A stretch of DNA of 64,000 nucleotides, taken from positions 79,233-143,232 of the forward strand of contig JBKDRU010000005.1 in NCBI GenBank assembly GCA_046341215.1, in the 5' to 3' direction. This document shows positions 47,718-56,792 of the stretch, piece by piece. A program made the translations under genes and the position numbers. The stretch is from Vampirovibrionales bacterium. Its GTDB lineage: Bacteria > Cyanobacteriota > Vampirovibrionia > Vampirovibrionales > JAJTHC01. The number at the start of each line of letters is the position of its first letter. The first letter of the stretch is position 1. The notes under the pieces are model-generated. The model made no database searches. It saw only the letters and a list, made by a program, of their open reading frames with translations, and was not told where the DNA came from.

Positions 47718-48314
47718 TTAGATGATCTGAATGGTTTCGCCACCCTTCATCTGTACATAAATACGACCATCTGCGAGCATAAACACCGCATGACGAGGAC
47801 GGTTTCCTCCCACTTCGGTGTGTTTAATGCTCAAGCCCATACGAGCCAGCGTCGTGCGAGCGGTAATAGCATTTCTCGCTCCAATATTCAGGGGATTACC
47901 ACGTCCACCCCCAAACGTAAACAGTTGGCTTCCGCCAATTAAGACGCATTGGGTATTTGCCACACTCGCTCCTAAGCCTTGAAGATGTTCCCATAGCTTA
48001 GGCAGGGCAATATCGGCATAGCAGGCTTTAAAGGCATTGTCATCTAACGGTTTTTTGAAACCAGTGGTCTGCGTTTGTTGAAACTCACTGTCAGGCAACA
48101 TAATGTAGGCGACACCTCCGACATGGGCATGGGTGTCATACAGAATCACACATAAACCTGTGGTCACATTTTTGATGTAATAATTGGTTTTAGAAAGGGA
48201 GGAGGCTTGAAAATCGCCTATTTCAATTTCTTGAATGCTTGAAATTTGCTTCAGCACATTGGAAAGATCTAAGTTAGGCGTGGTCTGAGATTGAGTTTGA
48301 ATCATGGGAATCAC
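47718..48314 (-). CDS. cheD: Chemoreceptor glutamine deamidase CheD
   Basis: The conserved Cys region CVILYDTHAHVGGVAYIMLP, GGSQLF and NIGARN motifs are present. Confidence 0.7.
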   Translation of the reverse strand: MIPMIQTQSQTTPNLDLSNVLKQISSIQEIEIGDFQASSLSKTNYYIKNVTTGLCVILYDTHAHVGGVAYIMLPDSEFQQTQTTGFKKPLDDNAFKACYADIALPKLWEHLQGLGASVANTQCVLIGGSQLFTFGGGRGNPLNIGARNAITARTTLARMGLSIKHTEVGGNRPRHAVFMLADGRIYVQMKGGETIQII

Positions 48315-48339
48315 TTTATGCTTTTAAGGGTGTGCAGGT

Positions 48340-49230
48340 TTATTTTATGGAGTCATTCAATGTTTTGACTTCACCTTGACACGCATGTAAATGTAGCATG
48401 AGTTCTTGTAAGGTGTAGGCATCTATATTAAAACCGTGTGCATTCAAATAATCTAAATCGACGGCATACAATAAGCCATCATTGCCCATACCGTGACCCA
48501 ACATCATGCAAAGGGCATCGGCGAGGTGAACAATGCCCAGCAATTGATAAACATCATCGCTCACTTTTTCTTTAAGTTCACTGGGTTTGTGATGATAGCG
48601 AATGGCGTAAATCATGCGTTCAGGGAAGTTCCATTTTTTACCAATCACTTCACCCAACTCACTATGACTAAAACCAAGCAGTTGTCGTTCCGCTTCATCA
48701 AAGCCTTGCTTCGATTGTAAGGCTTGAGCTTCAAGATCTTTAAACACATCGCCTACATATTCATGTAGAATCAATTTGCCAATATCTCTTAAAACCGCCA
48801 CAGTAAAGGCGGTGTCTGATTCTTTGAAATCATACAGTGTGGCAATTTTCTTGGCGTACACGGCACCTGTTAAGGCAGAGTTCCACAAGTCGCCTTTGGC
48901 TAAGCCGTAACCCGCCACTTGACGATTCAACATTTTATGAGACAAAATAGCGTAAACTTGAGCTTTTAAAGCTTTCTGTCCTAAAATGGCAACCGCTTCT
49001 TTCATACTACTAATTTCACGAGGCAAGGCATAATACGCCGAATTAGACGCTCGTAACATTTGAGCCGTTAATTGAGGATCTAACTGAATGACTTGCCCCA
49101 ATTCTTCGGCAGTAACATCAGGACTTTCAAGCATTTGCGACAGTTTCAAAATGACATCTGGCACCGAAGGGAGTTTTGTTAATTCTTGTGTAATCGACTC
49201 TAAGGTCAATTTTTTAGTGGTAGAAACCAT
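48340..49230 (-). CDS. HDOD-domain signalling protein
   Basis: An HD-related output domain pattern is present (LPSVPDVILKL, DVTAEELGQVIQLDPQLTAQMLRASNSAYY, LRDIGKL, H-x-x-LG). It is 25 bp upstream of cheD on the same strand. Confidence 0.7.
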   Translation of the reverse strand: MVSTTKKLTLESITQELTKLPSVPDVILKLSQMLESPDVTAEELGQVIQLDPQLTAQMLRASNSAYYALPREISSMKEAVAILGQKALKAQVYAILSHKMLNRQVAGYGLAKGDLWNSALTGAVYAKKIATLYDFKESDTAFTVAVLRDIGKLILHEYVGDVFKDLEAQALQSKQGFDEAERQLLGFSHSELGEVIGKKWNFPERMIYAIRYHHKPSELKEKVSDDVYQLLGIVHLADALCMMLGHGMGNDGLLYAVDLDYLNAHGFNIDAYTLQELMLHLHACQGEVKTLNDSIK

Positions 49231-49475
49231 TTTTTTAGACTCACTCTTTTAATTGAAGGGCATACAACCCCTTGCTGATTTTAGTATAGCTTATTTTGCA
49301 TCGACGACTTTAAAAAAGTCTTTAATTTAAATTAATAAAATGACATAAAATGTGAGATGTCCTCTATATTATCAAATTGATTCACAACTTTGTTACATTT
49401 CTTCACGTATAGCGTGACGTTGTGTTTTTGCTAAAATAAAGATGTGCCATTATAATGTGAAGGAATCCAAGTAAC

Positions 49476-50750
49476 ATGTCTTCATTGTCTCATCTTGCGT
49501 CTGTCGATCCTGAAATTTATGCCATTACTCAAGCTGAACTTAAACGCCAGCAATCTACTCTTGAAATGATTGCAAGTGAAAACTTCACGAGCCTTGCCGT
49601 GATGGAAGCCTGTGGTACCGTACTGACCAATAAATATGCTGAAGGTCAACCCGCCAAACGTTATTATGCAGGTTGTGAAATCGTGGATCAAGCCGAAAAT
49701 CTTGCCATTGAACGAGCCAAGCAACTCTTCGGAGCCTTTCATGTCAACGTGCAACCGCATAGCGGTGCGCAAGCCAATATGGCGGCGTTTATGGCAGCAG
49801 GCTTAAAAGCAGGCGACACTATTATGGGCATGGATCTTTCGCATGGTGGGCATTTGACGCATGGTTCCCCTGTGAACTTTTCAGGCATGTATTATAATGT
49901 CGTGTCTTATGGTGTGGATGCTCAAACCGAACGCCTCAATTACGATGAAATCCGTCGTTTGGCGGTGGAACACAAGCCCAAGTTGATTATTTGTGGCACC
50001 AGTGCGTATCCGAGAAACATCGATTTTGCTCGCTTTCGTGCCATTGCGGATGAAGTGGGTGCGATTGTTCTTGCCGATATTTCTCATATTTCAGGGCTTG
50101 TGGTGGCAGGTATTCATCCGAGTCCCTTCCCTCATTGCCAATTGGTGACGACCACGACGCATAAAACCTTGCGTGGGCCTCGTGGTGGCATCATTATGTC
50201 CGCTGATGAAACCTACGCCAAAGCCATCGACAAAGCGACTTTCCCTGGTATTCAAGGTGGGCCGTTGATGCACATTCTCGCTGCCAAAGCGGTCGCCTTT
50301 AAAGAAGCCTTGAGTCCTGAATTTAAGCAATATGCTCAGCATGTGGCGGGAAATGCTCAGATTTTAGCCAGTACCTTGCAAGAACGAGGGGTTAAAATCA
50401 CCACAGGTGGTACGGATACCCACTTACTCGTGATTGATTTTACGCCTCAGGATAAAACAGGCAAAGAAATGCAGCAGCTCTTTGAAGAGATTGGTGTGAC
50501 CGCCAATAAAAATACGGTGCCTAATGATACACGCAGTCCGTTTGTGACCAGTGGCGTAAGGCTCGGCACGCCAGCCTTGACCACACGAGGCTTTGACGCC
50601 CCTGCGATGAAGACGTTGGCTCACATTTTGGCGGATGCCATTCTGCTTGAACACCCTCCCCTCACCGAACTCAAAGCTCGTATTGAAGCCTTAGGTGAAC
50701 AGTTCCCCTTGTACCCTGAACTGATCGCCAAGAATGAAGTCGCCGTCTAG
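49476..50750 (+). CDS. glyA: Serine hydroxymethyltransferase
   Basis: The PLP-site [13 protein letters not shown] and conservation along the whole length identify it. Confidence 0.95.
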   Translation: MSSLSHLASVDPEIYAITQAELKRQQSTLEMIASENFTSLAVMEACGTVLTNKYAEGQPAKRYYAGCEIVDQAENLAIERAKQLFGAFHVNVQPHSGAQANMAAFMAAGLKAGDTIMGMDLSHGGHLTHGSPVNFSGMYYNVVSYGVDAQTERLNYDEIRRLAVEHKPKLIICGTSAYPRNIDFARFRAIADEVGAIVLADISHISGLVVAGIHPSPFPHCQLVTTTTHKTLRGPRGGIIMSADETYAKAIDKATFPGIQGGPLMHILAAKAVAFKEALSPEFKQYAQHVAGNAQILASTLQERGVKITTGGTDTHLLVIDFTPQDKTGKEMQQLFEEIGVTANKNTVPNDTRSPFVTSGVRLGTPALTTRGFDAPAMKTLAHILADAILLEHPPLTELKARIEALGEQFPLYPELIAKNEVAV

Positions 50751-50811
50751 TTTATAGCATTAACTCATTTGCTGAAGCCTTGTTGAGACAAAGAAAGAAG
50801 GAAGCCTTTAT

Positions 50812-51900
50812 ATGACACCCCTTTCCCCTGAATTGAACCTTGATTTAGGACTTGGCTTTATCACGTCTTTGTTCGCGTCCTTGTTATTAGTGCCGTTAGT
50901 CGCTCGTTATGCTTTAAAAGCAGGCTTATTTGATGCCCCTGGTGAACGTAAAATCCACCAAAAACCCGTACCTCGATTGGGGGGTATTGCTATTTTCGCA
51001 AGCTTTCTCATTGCATTAGGCGCTGTGGGTGTCTTTGGGCATAGTCCTGCCACGTTTTTGATTGAAAAAGGCAATTTGGGACTCATTGCTGGGGGTACCC
51101 TGATTTTTTTGTTGGGATTGCTGGACGATCTCTTTAATCTTTCGCCTTATGTGAAATTGGCAGGTCAATTCCTTGCGGCTTTTGTTGCCTTTGGCATGGG
51201 GGTTTCCATTGAAGCGTTGGATTTACCAGGTAGTCTCCTTTTGGTTTTAAATGCCTTAAGTCTACCTTTAACCCTTATGTGGATGGTCGGCATTTCCAAC
51301 GCCGTCAACTTCATCGACGGTGTCGACGGACTAGCAGGAGGCGTCGGTATGTTTGCGGCGTTGACGCTGGCAGTCGTCGCTATTTTTACAGGTCAGCCTC
51401 AAGTGGCGTTATTGGCGTTGATTTTATGTGCGTCTTGCCTCGGATTTTTGGTCTATAACTTACACCCTGCTCGCATTTTTATGGGCGATAGCGGTGCCTT
51501 ATTCATCGGATTCACCTTGGCGTGCTTGAGCGTTTTGGGCGTTTTTAAAATGTATACCGTGGTGATGCTCGCCCCGATCTTGGTCTTGTGCATACCAGTC
51601 TTGGACATTACCTACTCTACTTTTCGACGTCTATTATTAGGACGCAACCCTTTTGTCGCCGACGGGGAACACTTGCATCACCGTCTGCTCAAAGCAGGAT
51701 TGTCTCAGCCCAAAGTCGTCAGCGTCTTTTATGCCTTGTCGATTTTAAGCGGTTTGGTGGTGGCGTATTATATTCATTCTTTAGGTTTGTACTTAAAATT
51801 TGTGGGAGCCTTAAATCTTATTGCCTTTGCACTCGTTGCCCTACTTCGACATAAAGAAATCTTTTTCAAGCCCACACCCAACGAGGCGGACGCTTCATGA
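50812..51900 (+). CDS. UDP-GlcNAc:undecaprenyl-phosphate GlcNAc-1-P transferase family (WecA/TagO-type PNPT, glycosyltransferase family 4)
   Basis: ERKIHQKPVPRLGGIAIF, DDxxD (LLDDLFN) and NAVNFIDGVDGLAGG are present with about 10 transmembrane segments. The N-terminal region resembles WecA/TagO more than MraY. Confidence 0.75.
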   Translation: MTPLSPELNLDLGLGFITSLFASLLLVPLVARYALKAGLFDAPGERKIHQKPVPRLGGIAIFASFLIALGAVGVFGHSPATFLIEKGNLGLIAGGTLIFLLGLLDDLFNLSPYVKLAGQFLAAFVAFGMGVSIEALDLPGSLLLVLNALSLPLTLMWMVGISNAVNFIDGVDGLAGGVGMFAALTLAVVAIFTGQPQVALLALILCASCLGFLVYNLHPARIFMGDSGALFIGFTLACLSVLGVFKMYTVVMLAPILVLCIPVLDITYSTFRRLLLGRNPFVADGEHLHHRLLKAGLSQPKVVSVFYALSILSGLVVAYYIHSLGLYLKFVGALNLIAFALVALLRHKEIFFKPTPNEADAS

Positions 51901-53402
51901 GGCAAGGGCGATGGCGTTTTTTGGAAAATACCCCTTTTGCAAGGCTTTTGGGTTCTAAGTCACGCCAAAGCGGACGCCGTAAACCGTGGCAACGGGCTTG
52001 GTGGAAGGAACCCAAGTGGCAGGTCGTGAGCATTTTAGGGGCAGCGGTGTTGCTTTCAGGCTTGGTTTTTTCAGGCGTCCTGCTCTTGGATGCGTCCAAT
52101 TCGCAGGATCACCTTCATCAAGCCAAGCAATTCATGGAAGAAGGCAAGGTCGCTTGGGCGGCGAAGGATTTGGAAGCTTTAACGGAAGAGCATCCCGACC
52201 TGTATGAAGCATGGATCGATTTGGGGCAGTGTTATTTAGAGCTTAATGAACTCGAAAAAGCGGAAGCCGCCTTTGAAGCGGCGATGGCGATTCGCACCAA
52301 GCACAAAGGCGTGCAACACCATAGTCAAGATGTCTTGACGATTTTGGCGGAATCCAAATTATTACGACTTCAGCATCGCTATAAAGAAGCGGAAGGCTTG
52401 CTTTTAAGGGTGTATGAAACACAACCAAACAACCGTGATTTAAAGCACGCTTTGTGGGATGTTTACTATCAGTGGGGTTTATGGCGTCTGGAACATGATG
52501 CTAACCCTCTTCAAGCCCTTGCTGTGCTTGAAAATGCACAGGCTTTTGTCACTCGCTATCGTTATGATGTCAAACTACAAGACGCCATTGAAGTCGCCGT
52601 TAACCGTCAATACCAGCGTTTAGAAGACACAGCTGCTTCATTAAAAGAACGTCGAAGCTTCTTAGCCTATGCATTGAGTAAGCATTATAGTCATACCTTG
52701 CTAGCGAAACTCGCCCAAGTTGAAGCTGATGACAAGCACTCTCATGAATCATTACTATATCTTCAACAGGCGTATACCTTGATGCCTAGGTTGTATGCCT
52801 TGCGTTATGCCAAAGCCTTAGATGATGCCCTAAAAGTTGCCTTAATTCAAGGCGATCAGCGTCAAGCTCGAAGTTTAAAAGCTCGCTTAGAACGGCTTCA
52901 ACGTCAAATCAGAATACAAAAAACGCATTTGCCGTATTCTGTGGTGGTGGGTGTCACGGCGTTGAGCGTGAAGCAGTTGAATCCGAAAACAGGGGAATGG
53001 TCGCCGAAGGTCAGTGTGCGTCTGCAAAACAAGGGGGCTTCTGAAGTGCCTTTTACGAAGGTAAAGTTGCGTTTATTTTCAGGGAAGCAAACTTTAGACA
53101 CGTACTATGAACGTTTAAAGACGCCTTTAACCGCAGCTAAATCGGTGGGAAGCACCCAAATCATCCAACTTAATTCGGAACATCATTACATGGTGCAACG
53201 ATTAGATCAGGGGCGTTTAAGCCTAGACGTTTTTATCGCTTTTGACGAAAGTAAAGATGCTCAATGGTATCCTGTCGGGAGCTTTACCAAAACCGTTGTC
53301 GATCCCAAACGCTTTGCAGGGCAACGCTTTCCGTGGGAAGGCGCTACCCCTTCAAAAACGCCTAAAAAGGCACAAAACACCTTACCCACGAATACCATTT
53401 AG
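51897..53402 (+). CDS. Membrane-anchored TPR-repeat protein
   Basis: Its start overlaps the stop of the upstream transferase gene (ATGA). It has one N-terminal transmembrane segment followed by TPR-like repeats. Confidence 0.55.
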   Translation: MRQGRWRFLENTPFARLLGSKSRQSGRRKPWQRAWWKEPKWQVVSILGAAVLLSGLVFSGVLLLDASNSQDHLHQAKQFMEEGKVAWAAKDLEALTEEHPDLYEAWIDLGQCYLELNELEKAEAAFEAAMAIRTKHKGVQHHSQDVLTILAESKLLRLQHRYKEAEGLLLRVYETQPNNRDLKHALWDVYYQWGLWRLEHDANPLQALAVLENAQAFVTRYRYDVKLQDAIEVAVNRQYQRLEDTAASLKERRSFLAYALSKHYSHTLLAKLAQVEADDKHSHESLLYLQQAYTLMPRLYALRYAKALDDALKVALIQGDQRQARSLKARLERLQRQIRIQKTHLPYSVVVGVTALSVKQLNPKTGEWSPKVSVRLQNKGASEVPFTKVKLRLFSGKQTLDTYYERLKTPLTAAKSVGSTQIIQLNSEHHYMVQRLDQGRLSLDVFIAFDESKDAQWYPVGSFTKTVVDPKRFAGQRFPWEGATPSKTPKKAQNTLPTNTI

Positions 53403-53492
53403 GGCTTGCTTCTTTTTTGTTTTTCCCCTACGATACTTTATATAGTTTAAATAGCTTGGTTCTTTTCTCAACATTCAATAAAGGTTTTCTTC

Positions 53493-54167
53493 ATGCAAAT
53501 CAATAAGCCCATGCTTCCTCAGGTGTCACCTTCGTTAAAAGCTCAACGACAGGGACTGATAGTTACAGACCCTGAAATGTTTAGGGCGGATGTCGAAGTG
53601 GCTATCCATGAAACATTGCGCTGTTATGTTGCAAATCGTGAGAACGGACCTTTCAATTCCAAATCTATTAAAAGTCAATTTATCAGCGCATTCAATAAAT
53701 TAAGAGAAGAGTTATTAGATATTCCTGATACATATACTGCTCTAGCTGAAGCCAAGGATTCTTCTCGATCTAAAAAGAGTACTCTTAATCCCCCTCGTTC
53801 CGTAACGCCAAGGAAAGGTAGAACTCGCCCTATAAATCCAAGCACTCTGAACATATATATATGTAGTCCAGAAGGTCTAAAAAGAAGAGTTTTGGATATT
53901 GTGCCAAGCCGACAAGCCAAGTATCTTGCTAAGAATGAGCTACTTCATGATCAAATGGGGCTACTAGGAGACTGGAAACAGGCACAGGGTTTAGACTTGG
54001 TATCTGAAGGCACTACAATTACTCAAAGCCAAGCCTTAGCCAAAATATGGACAAGAGAACGCATTGAAACCTTTGTAAATGAGGCTGTTGAAGAGGTTTT
54101 GAGCCGACTAACTAATGCGTTCAAGGTTGGCGATGTAAATGGCACGACAGACCGGGATGCCGTCTAA
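53493..54167 (+). CDS. Hypothetical ORFan (224 aa)
   Basis: No motif was recognised. The central region is basic and Ser/Pro-rich. Confidence 0.35.
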   Translation: MQINKPMLPQVSPSLKAQRQGLIVTDPEMFRADVEVAIHETLRCYVANRENGPFNSKSIKSQFISAFNKLREELLDIPDTYTALAEAKDSSRSKKSTLNPPRSVTPRKGRTRPINPSTLNIYICSPEGLKRRVLDIVPSRQAKYLAKNELLHDQMGLLGDWKQAQGLDLVSEGTTITQSQALAKIWTRERIETFVNEAVEEVLSRLTNAFKVGDVNGTTDRDAV

Positions 54168-55814
54168 AATATAATCCACTTGCAGTTCACCTTGGGCTTT
54201 ATTTTCTTCCATGTAAACAATCGTCAAGGTTTCTAAACGTTGCCACAGGGTGTTGTCAGGGTAGGCGTAACGCGTCGTCACAAAGGCGACATTGCCCACA
54301 ATGCGAGTCGGTACTGAATCAATCAAGCGATGCTGGCTACGTTCTTCTTCCACATTTAAACCAAACGTGTCGTACTGAATTTCACGTAGTTTAAGCGATT
54401 CACGCCAATCGCCTAAGAAACGATTGCCCGCAAAGCCTTGACGCTGGGATTTAAGTTCATCCGCCAAATATTTCTGAGCAGCTAAGGCGTACTTTTCAGC
54501 ATCCTTGGCTTTTTCGGTTTGACGCTGGGCGTCGAGCTTGTCTTTTTCAGCATCCAGTAATTGACGTTGCAGTTTGGCTTTGTCGTCCATAAGCTTCATC
54601 AAATCATTTTCATTATAGGTATGCTTCATTTTTTTGATGAGTGTGGTAAGTTCTTTGACTTTTTTATTGAACAAATTGTTCACATTATACAAGTGAGAGT
54701 TCAACTTTTCCGCTTCGATCAAACGGGTTTGAAGGGCATCCTTTTCAGTGAGTAACCTGTCCACAATTTGCAAAGAATGTTCTTGCTTTTCATGCACGAC
54801 GGCTAAAGGAGCTGATAAATACTGCGCTGGACTCGCTTCTGTAGAACGCTTTTCCACAATACTATTTGGCTTAAGCGACACAGGGGCTTCTACCGTTTCA
54901 AGACCTTTAGTCTCTTTGACGTGATTGGCTTTAATCGATTCCACCAAGGCTTCTGGTGACATAATAGCAGGTGTATAGGTCCATTCTGAAATCTCTTGAG
55001 ACGTTTGCGTCAGTTCGGAAAATTTAATCGCTTCAGCCAAGGACGGATGAATGACCGTTTCATTGTTATGTGGAACCGTGTCTTGAATAGGCGCTTGAAC
55101 AGGCACCTCTTCCACATGAACCAAAGGTTCTTGGGTAGCGGTGATTTCTACAGACATAGGTTCTGCCAAGACGTCTTCTAACACTTGGATAGACGCATGC
55201 GTTTCTACAACTGTTTCAGGAACAGCCTCTTCTAGATCAGGCGATACTTCAAAAGGATCGCTGGTGATTATAGGGAATCCACTTTGCACATCCGCACTTA
55301 AATCGGCTTGAAGGCGAGCTTCTAAATCTAGGTTATTGAACGTATCAGCTGAATCCCCCTGCTCAATAGCAGGTGCGACTTCAACGGGATGCATCACTGT
55401 TTCAGCACTTTCTTTAAAGCTTTCAAGTAAAGCTTCACTCTCTAAACTCAAAGGAGCCACAACCCCTTCAGCGTTATGCACTAAGGGATTAGTCACTGCT
55501 GTCGCTTCAGAAGCGGGCGTTTTAATCTTTTGAAGGGTAGGGGCATGTTCCCATGCTTGTTTCACATTGCGTTCTACAGGCTGGCTTTCCTGAGCTGGGG
55601 GCAAACTAATAATTTGTTTGATGTGCGCCAAGCTTCGCCCTAAGGCGATATGTTTTTTAATATTTTTAAAGAGGTTTAGATGCTGGCGTGTATACAACTT
55701 ATTGCCTTGGGCATCGGTGGGAATACTCATGCCAAGTGCATCTTCCCAGTCACGCAATTGTTGGGGGTGAATATCATATTTAATTAATGTGTCTTGAATT
55801 GTGTTACTCGTCAT
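54108..55814 (-). CDS. Hypothetical protein with MerR-like N-terminal HTH, acidic low-complexity middle and coiled-coil region
   Basis: The N-terminal ~65 aa (IKYDIHPQQLRDWEDALGM...GNKLYTRQHLNLFKNIKKHIALGRSLAHIKQII) follow the MerR-family HTH pattern. A long Glu/Val/Pro-rich region and a predicted coiled coil follow. Its 3' end overlaps the convergent upstream ORF by 60 bp. Confidence 0.45.
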   Translation of the reverse strand: MTSNTIQDTLIKYDIHPQQLRDWEDALGMSIPTDAQGNKLYTRQHLNLFKNIKKHIALGRSLAHIKQIISLPPAQESQPVERNVKQAWEHAPTLQKIKTPASEATAVTNPLVHNAEGVVAPLSLESEALLESFKESAETVMHPVEVAPAIEQGDSADTFNNLDLEARLQADLSADVQSGFPIITSDPFEVSPDLEEAVPETVVETHASIQVLEDVLAEPMSVEITATQEPLVHVEEVPVQAPIQDTVPHNNETVIHPSLAEAIKFSELTQTSQEISEWTYTPAIMSPEALVESIKANHVKETKGLETVEAPVSLKPNSIVEKRSTEASPAQYLSAPLAVVHEKQEHSLQIVDRLLTEKDALQTRLIEAEKLNSHLYNVNNLFNKKVKELTTLIKKMKHTYNENDLMKLMDDKAKLQRQLLDAEKDKLDAQRQTEKAKDAEKYALAAQKYLADELKSQRQGFAGNRFLGDWRESLKLREIQYDTFGLNVEEERSQHRLIDSVPTRIVGNVAFVTTRYAYPDNTLWQRLETLTIVYMEENKAQGELQVDYILDGIPVCRAIYIANLERIS

Positions 55815-56039
55815 AATGTGGCGACCCTTATTGGCAATATAACTTCTGTATAAACGGTATAAATAAAGCGATGAGCGTCTATCAAAACGCTAAGATAGCT
55901 TTTATCATACACATTCTACGGATTTTATGTCACTTTTAGGGGTATGAATCCTATGCTTGATGTACGAAACGTTTATGTAGTTTTATGAACTAGTTCTATC
56001 ATACAGAGAAAAGCACAAAGTGGAAAGTGTTTTGTTTTA

Positions 56040-56321
56040 ATGCAGATATACACAATAGCTAACTCACCCGTTACCTTCACCTATAAAGGATGCCCCATGT
56101 TTTTTAGTCGCTTGATGAATCAGCGTTCCACGAAGTCTATTCCGCAATGGTTCGCTCATATCTTGCACCAAGCCCTCCCCTTGTGGGATGCTCCCACGCA
56201 AGAAACCATGTCCATTCTGTTGTCAGACGATCAGTTTGAGCTAGTTATGCAAAGCCTTAAAGAAGTGAAGCAAGGCGACGTCGTGCGTTCAGCTGACGTT
56301 TTTGCTGACTTGGTGGATTAG
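56040..56321 (+). CDS. Putative type II antitoxin (partner of RelE/ParE toxin)
   Basis: It lies immediately upstream of the toxin gene with its stop abutting the toxin start (TAG-ATG). The start is uncertain, with internal Mets at 56097, 56115 and 56208. Confidence 0.4.
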   Translation: MQIYTIANSPVTFTYKGCPMFFSRLMNQRSTKSIPQWFAHILHQALPLWDAPTQETMSILLSDDQFELVMQSLKEVKQGDVVRSADVFADLVD

Positions 56322-56654
56322 ATGACAACGGCTAAATCACCTGCTTATGAAGTATTACTGAGTCGATCCGCCGTGTCGGCTCAAAAGAAGCTTGATAAGC
56401 CGTTGCGCCTGTTGCTGAAGCAGGCATTGGAACGTTTGGCGACGAATCCCACAGGCTTGGGGGAACAACTCAAGCAACCGTTGACGATGCTCAGGTCGCA
56501 CCATGTAAGGTACAAAGGCTTAGAATGGCGAATTGGTTATCAGTTGAATGAGGAGGCTCATGTGATTTATGTGGTACTAATCGGACCACATGAAAACTTT
56601 TACCGTACCTTGAAAAATTGTTTGTCGTCGTTGGCGTTGGGGCGTGTGGGTTAA
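56322..56654 (+). CDS. Type II toxin, RelE/ParE family
   Basis: The C-terminal pattern WRIGYQLNEEAHVIYVVLIGPHENFY matches the RelE/ParE signature (YRIIY-x-I-x5-V-x-VL-x-IGHRKDVY). The protein is 110 aa. Confidence 0.6.
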   Translation: MTTAKSPAYEVLLSRSAVSAQKKLDKPLRLLLKQALERLATNPTGLGEQLKQPLTMLRSHHVRYKGLEWRIGYQLNEEAHVIYVVLIGPHENFYRTLKNCLSSLALGRVG

Positions 56655-56792
56655 GTTTTGTAGCACAGCGTTGTACAAGGCGATTTAGTTAGAGATCTCA
56701 AAATATCTATACGGTTCTGTTAAAGGGCGTCATCACAAAAAGACGGGATGCTCCTAAAAGCACCCCGTCTTAAAAGTCAGTTTGGCTAAAGC

